From Paraspadella gotoi (lineage: Eukaryota; Animalia; Chaetognatha), in the NCBI GenBank assembly GCA_051294375.1, contig CM119265.1, forward strand, positions 24,211,118 through 24,275,117: a stretch of 64,000 bases of DNA. The letters run 5' to 3'. This document shows, in pieces, positions 26,648-64,000 of the stretch (its first letter is position 1; every line of letters begins with the position of its first letter). The position numbers were made by a program, and so were the translations under genes. The notes below the pieces were generated by a model. It did not search any database. It saw only the letters and a program-made list of their open reading frames with translations, and was not told the DNA's origin.

Positions 26648-26790
26648 ATTACTACCTCTTCATTTACTACCTCCTCGTTTTTTCTCTTCATTTACTACCT
26701 CCTCGTTTTTTTCTCTTCATTTACTACCTCCTCGTTTTTTTCTCTTCATTTACTACCTCCTCGTTTTTTTCTCTTTATTTACTACTTCTC
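26648..26790. repeat. ~29-bp minisatellite (tttactacctcctcgttttttctcttca), about 5 copies
   Basis: Direct tandem copies with T-run length variation. Confidence 0.85.
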
Positions 26791-27050
26791 TCTTTTTACT
26801 TTTATTCTTCTCGTTTCCTTTTTTTTCTCTTCTATGGTAGATCGATTAACTCATCATCATTTAACTCATCAAAAGTTCATTGTTAAAAGTATCATCAGCA
26901 ACAATAACAACAACGACTTTATCGACAACAACAAAGATAAAATTTAAAAAAAAAGAAAAGAAAAGTAGCATAATGGTTTTTTTTTTCTTTTCGTTATTTT
27001 CGTCATTTTCGTCATCGTCGTCGTCGTTATCCTCGCCCTCATCTTTGCAG

Positions 27051-27108
<58 letters not shown>

Positions 27109-27392
27109 CGTCACACCCCTAGTGGAGGGAAGGCTTTGACATTGCCAACGAGTAAATGTTAATCTTTCCTCTAATGAAATCTCGCGACCCGAACGACCTC
27201 TCTAAGAAAGGGGGAGGAGAATAGAGATAGAGAGAGAGAGAGAGGAGGGAAAGAGGGAAGGAAGAAGAGAGGGAGCAAGAAGTGAAAAGGGCCCGAGAAG
27301 AGAGGTAAAGTGTAAGAGAGGCAGGGTCGAGGAAAGGAGAAGGAAGGAAAAAGGAGAAAGGCTGGGGAGAGTAAGAGAGAAGGGCATAAGAA

Positions 27393-27514
<122 letters not shown>

Positions 27515-28372
27515 ATCATAGATTCTAGCAGGGTTCGCAGGGATGTTGATTCAGCGATGTGGGAAGTTTCATAAAGACTCAAGGTGATGAATTCTAAATC
27601 TCACTGTGAGAGGGTGAGGTCAAGGTAAGGAACGGTAAGGAAAGGGTGAGGGAGGAGTCAACGAGGAATCAGGTTTCATGGAGAGGGGGAGGAGGCAGGA
27701 GGGGGAAGGTGGGGTAGTTGTCCCAAAAATATTTTGATATGATTAAATGAATAACCACATGAATATACAAATAAACAAATTAAGCGAATCGACCATGGAT
27801 AAAATGAGGAAAAAAAATCCAGCGAGTCGATAAAAGTAAAAATAAAAATTACTCAAAAACAGCGACTATATAGAGAAAAAAAACAAAAAAACGAAACAAC
27901 CGAAAAAGCTAACTGATACATATTCGGTTCCTCGCGCGAGAAAATCAAAACTACAGGGATACTGCGAAAATGGCAAAGAGGAAATGAGCAAAGTCCCGGA
28001 GTAACAGCTGCGATAGCGGCGATCTAATGAGTTGGTCCCCCCACCGTCTGTGCTACGGCCATAAGCTCTTCTGCGCCTCCCACGAGTCCAGAACAAGTAC
28101 TTCGAGCTATGCCATCTCTCTCTCCTCTTCTCCTCATCCTCTCTTCTCCTCTCTACTCTCTCTCTCTCTCTCTCTCCTCTCTCCTCTCTCTCTCTCTTCT
28201 TACGCAAGCCCTATTAACTCTTTCCTTCTTTGCCGTCGCAACGCTTTCAATTTTCGCTCAAAAAGAAAGACTTGACTTCTGTCTCACTCCCTCACGTCTC
28301 CTCTTTTTTTCACTCTCTCTCTCTCTCACCTCTCTCCTTCCCACTCTGTCAATCTTTTTTTTCCTTTCCCAC

Positions 28373-28415
<43 letters not shown>

Positions 28416-29061
28416 TCCTCTCTCTCTCTCTCTCTCTCTTCTCTCTTATCCTCACTTTGTTATTTTCCCTTTTGTTTCGGTAATCGAATTTTTGGTTTTC
28501 CTCTTGCCCACCAGGAGAGAAGCCGGTTAAGACCCAATTTACCTTTAGTATCATTTTTAGCCGAAAATAGTGCAAGCGGAATATTGATTGTCCAACATAG
28601 TTTGTTTTTGATTTTATGAAATTGGTACAACCAATATAAAAATTACCCATTCATTTAATAAATTTAAGGCCTCCATCACTCTTACAAGATTATGATATAG
28701 CAGGTCCCTTCAAGCTTTCAATCAAGACAAATTTTTCAGATTAAAAAATGAAAATGTAATAATTTCAAGTAACGAAGTTATCCAAACTTTGAAAGAGAGA
28801 GATCGGAGGTGAATTAAAAAAACAAACCAATTAATAGTCAATGGTTAAATGAAATTATTTACTTCAAGTTCGGATTAAATAAAGGATAACCGTAAATTAA
28901 TGAGGCTCGTATTGTTTAAAAGAAAAGGAAAGAAAGAAATAAAAAAAAGAAGGAAAAAGGAAAACAAATGGAGACGAAGAGTCGGATTAACCTTGGATAT
29001 TTATGTCAGGCGGGGGAAGATCATATTTCTTCTTCAATGCGGTCATCCGATTGGACAATCC

Positions 29062-29092
<31 letters not shown>

Positions 29093-29411
29093 AACATTTT
29101 ACTTCGTTGTCATTAATTTATTTCCCTAGTTAAACCTTTTGAATCTATTCTAAACATATATGACCTCGCGAAAACGAAAATTTATCATAAATTTAATTAA
29201 AATAAAAGTAAAATTAAAATAAATAAATGAGCAATGGACATGACTTACCCCCGGGGCTGGTCGCCAAAAAAACAAAAGACACGTGACTTTTGAGAATTGT
29301 TTTCTTTTTAGTAAAAAGAAGAGAAAAAAAATGAAAGGAGAATCACGAAATAAAATGAAATGAAATGAGCAAAGATTTCTCTCTTAATTCCGTCGCTTCA
29401 ATGACCTTCTT

Positions 29412-57959
<28,548 letters not shown>

Positions 57960-60599
57960 NNNNNNNNNNNNNNNNNNNNNNNNNNNNNNNNNNNNNNNNN
58001 NNNNNNNNNNNNNNNNNNNNNNNNNNNNNNNNNNNNNNNNNNNNNNNNNNNNNNNNNNNNNNNNNNNNNNNNNNNNNNNNNNNNNNNNNNNNNNNNNNNN
58101 NNNNNNNNNNNNNNNNNNNNNNNNNNNNNNNNNNNNNNNNNNNNNNNNNNNNNNNNNNNNNNNNNNNNNNNNNNNNNNNNNNNNNNNNNNNNNNNNNNNN
58201 NNNAGAAGAAAGAAAGAAAATAAGTAAACACACGAGAATCGAGGTTGCTATGGCTACTTCGTCGTTTCTACGGTTACTTTGTTGGTCCGCGGAGAGAAAA
58301 AAAAGGGGGAGAGAGCTTTAGTTGTTGTNNNNNNNNNNNNNNNNNNNNNNNNNNNNNNNNNNNNNNNNNNNNNNNNNNNNNNNNNNNNNNNNNNNNNNNN
58401 NNNNNNNNNNNNNNNNNNNNNNNNNNNNNNNNNNNNNNNNNNNNNNNNNNNNNNATTAGATCGGGAAGTGAGAGAAGTGAGAGGAATCAAAAGGTAGGGC
58501 CATTTGCTGAGTGAGTCCGTGCCGATTCACAAAAGGTAAGTCGTCCTACGTGAAAAGTGAAGTCGAGAGAAAAAAGCGAAGAAGTTAAAACAATAAAGAG
58601 AAAAAAAAATCAATTAAAGCTCCTCGCTAATGCGTTTCACGGCGACGACGACGAGGACGACGATGACGACGACGACGACGACTACGAAGACGACGACTAG
58701 GAAGAAGAGGACGACAACGACGACAACAACGACGACGACAACGACGATGAAGACGACGACAACGACGACAACGACAACAACGACGAGGAAGACGACGAGA
58801 AGAAGTCCAAGAAAAGAACAATAGTTTAAATTTAAAAAGGAAGTTCTGTAAGCATGTAAATAGGGTAGGGGGAGTTAAAGTTGATCAGTATCTACGTTTT
58901 TTGAAAGTCTCCTTCAATACTAATATAAATAAACGATATTTATAATCTTTAAATTTCGTAACTCACTTATTTAACCAAAAAAATGGAATGATTTTTGAAT
59001 CCCACTTTACCTGAACAATTTTTAACTAGACTCTAGAGCCACCATTTTGAAAACCATAATATGGAACCAATCGTGACAACGAGATCACAACGACATTCAG
59101 CATAGGAATAAAAATCATCTTAGCTTACTCAATATTCACTCTAATGAACGGTCTTTGTGTGATCAGCATGACTTCACATTCACAAAAAAAAAAAAAAACA
59201 AATAGGAATTTAAACTCTTATCATGCTCTCTCTCTCTCTCTCAAAAAACATAGTTTTTCGGTGTCAACGTTTCTTCCGTTTTCTCGTTGTTTTCATTGTT
59301 GTTTTTGTTTGTGTTTTCTTTTCCTCCTTTTTTTTTCTTCTCGCCTTAAATTGGAATATCCTTCCATTTTTCACCCGATGTTGACGCAAGACGAATCGAA
59401 GGAATTTGAGACGGAATCTCGCGGAATTAGGGAAGGAAAGGAGATGGAGGAAGGAGAGAAGAAAAGAAAAGGGNNNNNNNNNNNNNNNNNNNNNNNNNNN
59501 NNNNNNNNNNNNNNNNNNNNNNNNNNNNNNNNNNNNNNNNNNNNNNNNNNNNNNNNNNNNNNNNNNNNNNNNNNNNNNNNNNNNNNNNNNNNNNNNNNNN
59601 NNNNNNNNNNNNNNNNNNNNNNNNNNNNNNNNNNNNNNNNNNNNNNNNNNNNNNNNNNNNNNNNNNNNNNNNNNNNNNNNNNNNNNNNNNNNNNNNNNNN
59701 NNNNNNNNNNNNNNNNNNNNNNNNNNNNNNNNNNNNNNNNNNNNNNNNNNNNNNNNNNNNNNNNNNNNNNNNNNNNNNNNNNNNNNNNNNNNNNNNNNNN
59801 NNNNNNNNNNNNNNNNNNNNNNNNNNNNNNNNNNNNNNNNNNNNNNNNNNNNNNNNNNNNNNNNNNNNNNNNNNNNNNNNNNNNNNNNNNNNNNNNNNNN
59901 NNNNNNNNNNNNNNNNNNNNNNNNNNNNNNNNNNNNNNNNNNNNNNNNNNNNNNNNNNNNNNNNNNNNNNNNNNNNNNNNNNNNNNNNNNNNNNNNNNNN
60001 NNNNNNNNNNNNNNNNNNNNNNNNNNNNNNNNNNNNNNNNNNNNNNNNNNNNNNNNNNNNNNNNNNNNNNNNNNNNNNNNNNNNNNNNNNNNNNNNNNNN
60101 NNNNNNNNNNNNNNNNNNNNNNNNNNNNNNNNNNNNNNNNNNNNNNNNNNNNNNNNNNNNNNNNNNNNNNNNNNNNGAGGAAGGAGAGAAGAAAAGAAAA
60201 GGGAAGAAAGGGAGGAGAGGAGATGGAGGAAGGTGAGAAGAAAAGAAAAGGGAGGAAAGGAGATGGAGGAAGGAGAGAAGAAAAGAAAATAAGAAAGAAG
60301 ATAGAGGAAAAATAAAACGAGGAAAGAGGAGAAAAGGGGAGGGAGGGAGAAGAGAAGGAAGAAAGCGGAGGAAAGAAGATGTAAGAATGAGACAAGAAAA
60401 GTGAGGAATGAAGAGAAGAAGGAAAGGAAGGAAAACTAATAGAAGGCGAGAAAGAAAATAAGGGGAGATAATATGAAAGAAAAAGAGTCAGAAACAGGGA
60501 TGAAAGGAGGAGAAAGGGAGGAAAGGAGAGACAAGGAGTAAGGAGGAAAAATGGGAAGGGATAGAAAGGGAGGAAAACGAGATTGAAGGGAAAGGAAGA

Positions 60600-60860
60600 G
60601 GGAGGAAAGGAAATAGGAGAAAGGTTGAAAGAAAAAACAAAGGAAGAAAAGGAGAAGAGGAAAGGAGTAAAGAAGATAAGAAATAAAGGAAAGTAGAGGA
60701 GAAGAGAAATAGAGGAAAGAAGATAATAAATAAAGGAAAGTAAAGGAGAAGAGAAAAGGAGGAAAGAAGATAAGAAATAAAGGAAAGTAAAGGAGAAGAG
60801 GAAAGGAGGTAAGAAGATAAGAAATAAAGGAAAGTAAAGGAGAAGAGGAAAGGAGGAAAT
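60600..60860. repeat. ~44-bp purine-rich minisatellite
   Basis: Recurring gaagataagaaataaaggaaagtaaaggagaagagg units. Confidence 0.8.
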
Positions 60861-61628
60861 GGGAACGCGAAGGAAAAGAAGCATAAACACGGAGTAAGGG
60901 AGTAAATGGGAGCAAAGGAGGCAAAGGATTCCGAGGGAAAATATTCCAGCATCCAGTTTTAGAATTAACGAGGAATTTCGCGCGGAAACATTTTCGAAAT
61001 CTCGAAACATTAAAGTTTAAAGGGAAGAATCTTCATCGTCACCGACGACTGGAATCGGCACCGAGAACCGGCGTCGTTGGGGCCGTAAAATCGGCGTCGT
61101 TGGCGCCGGAAAGTGAAGGAAATTCGCGGTCGAAGAGAAAAATCTATTTTAGAGATATGGAACCAAGAAAAACACTCAAAAGATAACAATTAACTGACCG
61201 GTAGAAAAATCAACCAAATACCTACACCTATTGCTTTAAACCTTACTGGGCACCGCAAAAGAAAAAAAAAGACAATCTCCTTGGCAACGCGTGGCGTTCC
61301 GAGTCTCGAGAGAAATTTCTCGGCGCCGCAATTAACGTTGATGCGAGACCCGCGTCGAAAATTGGCGCCTTTCCTGCGGAATATCCCGTTTATCTTTCCT
61401 TTCTTTTATTTCCTTTTTCTTTTTTATTTTCTTAACCCTTTTTTTACATTGTCATTTTCTTTCTTTTCTCATTTCTTTCTATCCTTTTTTCTTTCGGAAG
61501 CTCTCTTTTCTTTCTTTGTTTCTTTTCTTTGTTTCTTTGTTTCTTTGTTTCTTTGTTTTGTTTTTCGTTCATCTTTTCTTCTTTTATTTTTCTTTGTTCT
61601 ATTCTTCTTTTTCTTATTCACTCTCTCT

Positions 61629-61660
<32 letters not shown>

Positions 61661-62094
61661 NNNNNNNNNNNNNNNNNNNNNNNNNNNNNNNNNNNNNNNN
61701 NNNNNNNNNNNNNNNNNNNNNNNNNNNNNNNNNNNNNNNNNNNNNNNNNNNNNNNNNNNNNNNNNNNNNNNNNNNNNNNNNNNNNNNNNNNNNNNNNNNN
61801 NNTCTCTCTCGCTTTCTCTAATCTCGCCCTGGATTCTCTCGCCCAAATTTCGGTGAAATTCATCTCGTGGTGTTGAGGCTCAACNNNNNNNNNNNNNNNN
61901 NNNNNNNNNNNNNNNNNNNNNNNNNNNNNNNNNAGAGAGAGAATGGGAAGGATAATACTACGTAGAAGCAGATAGAAAAAAAGTATAGGATAGAGACAAA
62001 TCTTGGAGCGAGAGGGAAAGTAAGGAGAGAGAGTATGATATAGGGAAAGTTCCATCTCCTCCTTTTTTCCTTTTTTCTTTCTTCTTTTCCCTCC

Positions 62095-62375
62095 TTTTTT
62101 AAGGGCCTTGCTCTTTCCTTTTTCATTCCTTTTTTAAGCGCATTGCTCTTTCCTTTTTCCTTCCTTTTTTAAGCGCATTGCTCTTTTCTTTTTTCTCTTT
62201 TTTTCAGCGCATTGCTCTCTTCTTTTTCTTATTTTTTTAAGCTCATTGCTATTTTCTTTTTCCTCCTTTTTTAAACCCATTGCTCTCTTCTTTTTCCTTC
62301 CTTTTTTAAGCGCATTGCTCTTTTCTTTTTCCTCCTTTTTTAAGCGCATTGCTCTCTTCTTTTTCCTCCTTTTTT
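62095..62375. repeat. ~35-bp minisatellite (ttttaagcgcattgctcttttc...), about 8 copies
   Basis: Recurring aagcgcattgctct core within pyrimidine tracts. Confidence 0.85.
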
Positions 62376-64000
62376 TCGGCTTCAAATTGTTTTCTTTTTT
62401 CGTTTTTGTTTCTTCCTCCGTTTTTTTGTTCTCTTGGGCGAAAAAAAGAAAAAAGAAAGAAGAGAAAGAAAGACAACGTTAAAGGATATTAATGGTCGTT
62501 TATGAATAGAAAACTCGAAGGCGAAAGAGAAATAAAGGAAGAGGAAGAAGTTTGTGGATCTCGTGGGCAAAGTTGTGGTCGAATCTGTGGTGGAAGTGGG
62601 GAAAGGGAAACGTGATTATAGAAGTTGTAGAATTTAAATCGCGTCGTTACGATGGATGTTCTTATCGTATCTTATAAAATTTAGATTTTTATTTTATATT
62701 TAGCCTTTTCTGTCTTGTAAAAATTGTTTTGGTACTAATTACCAGACTTTTTATTTCTATATTTATAGTTTTTCAACTTTTTCAACTTTTCTTTTTTGCA
62801 TATCCTAGTTTTCATCTCTCTACCATACTTTCCCTTACTTTTCCTTTTCTATTTTCTTAATTTTCCCTTCTTTTTCCACAAACCCCGGATGTAAGCCGAT
62901 TTGCATTGAATCTCGATGCTCATAAAGGAATGGAAAGTCTCTACCCCGACCTTAAAAAGGATTTTATTGCTCTTTTCTTTTTTTTCCTTTGTTTCAACAG
63001 TTTGCCTTTTGTTTTCTTCGCCCTCTCTCGATTTTTCCTTTCATTAATTCTTGAAGGNNNNNNNNNNNNNNNNNNNNNNNNNNNNNNNNNNNNNNNNNNN
63101 NNNNNNNNNNNNNNNNNNNNNNNNNNNNNNNNNNNNNNNNNNNNNNNNNNNNNNNNNNNNNNNNNNNNNNNNNNNNNNNNNNNNNNNNNNNNNNNNNNNN
63201 NNNNNNNNNNNNNNNNNNNNNNNNNNNNNNNNNNNNNNNNNNNNNNNNNNNNNNNNNNNNNNNNNNNNNNNNNNNNNNNNNNNNNNNNNNNNNNNNNNNN
63301 NTATTTAGTACATAGATATCAGATAATATTAAAAATGATTAATAATCTTGTCATCCTTAACCATCGCTTTTAGGTTTTTCTCCATTAATTTTAATATCAT
63401 TTAATCCGATTGTAGCTTTTTTTCTTTTACCTGATTTATCTCCAACATCACTCTTAAATCTTCTCCTCTTAGTCTTCCCTTTTAATTCTTTACATCTTCT
63501 CTTTGTTTTTCTTTCTCATAACATTTTCAGTCTCTTTTCTAAATCTCTCTCCTCCTCCACTTTTTCTTTATTATTTCTTTAAATCTCTTTTTTCACCTGA
63601 GAATTTCTTTCATTTTTTATGTTTTGCTTTATTGAAATTCTTCTTTCTTAGTTCTCATTTCCTATCATCCCCTTCCTCCCTCCTTCCCACTATCCTATAT
63701 TCTAATTTTCTCACTTCCTCTATNNNNNNNNNNNNNNNNNNNNNNNNNNNNNNNNNNNNNNNNNNNNNNNNNNNNNNNNNNNNNNNNNNNNNNNNNNNNN
63801 NNNNNNNNNNNNNNNNNNNNNNNNNNNNNNNNNNNNNNNNNNNNNNNNNNNNNNNNNNNNNNNNNNNNNNNNAAAAAAAAACTTCTCGATCTCCAGCGAA
63901 ATTAATTCTTTTTTTTTTTCAAACTCATAATCGAGCAAAAATTCATTGTCGTTCGCTTCACCGATTAATGGGGGTCGATAACCTCACGCTTCATATCATA

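Noticed and set aside
59144-61010. Long ORFs of 382 and 527 aa
   Set aside because: They run through N gaps and purine/pyrimidine low-complexity sequence.

Overview
AT-rich, microsatellite-dense, intron-rich animal (invertebrate-like) genomic scaffold with N gaps and indel noise. Most long ORFs in the track are simple-repeat artefacts, so I built genes by hand from GT-AG sites and intron phase. (1) 3' end of an astacin-type metalloprotease with EGF-like and ShKT domains (+, 1-523). (2) A ~875-aa low-complexity protein with 12 copies of an unrecognised ~24-aa GTG[FY]-x3-[ST]LPP motif (+, 6334-11293). (3) A 64-aa CaaX (-KKCIIM) microprotein on the minus strand (11956-14731). (4) An adenylate kinase with three complete, head-to-tail AK1-type domains (+, 17408/18411-24580). 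All upstream exons of (2) and (4) join in phase 1, so they may form one alternatively spliced locus. (5) A divergent Ig-superfamily single-pass membrane protein (-, ~29.4-58 kb, 5' end in gaps). (6) A 115-aa secreted two-domain pacifastin/VWC-like Cys-rich peptide nested antisense in an intron of (5) (+, 32797-34687). Also present: an 83-bp tandem array that multiplies an AK exon end plus its splice donor, a foldback MITE-like element, a perfect 52-bp palindrome, several minisatellites, and a 2.3-kb gap-flanking duplication that is probably an assembly artefact. No rRNA, tRNA or CRISPR seen. No database searches were run, so family calls rest on motif recognition.
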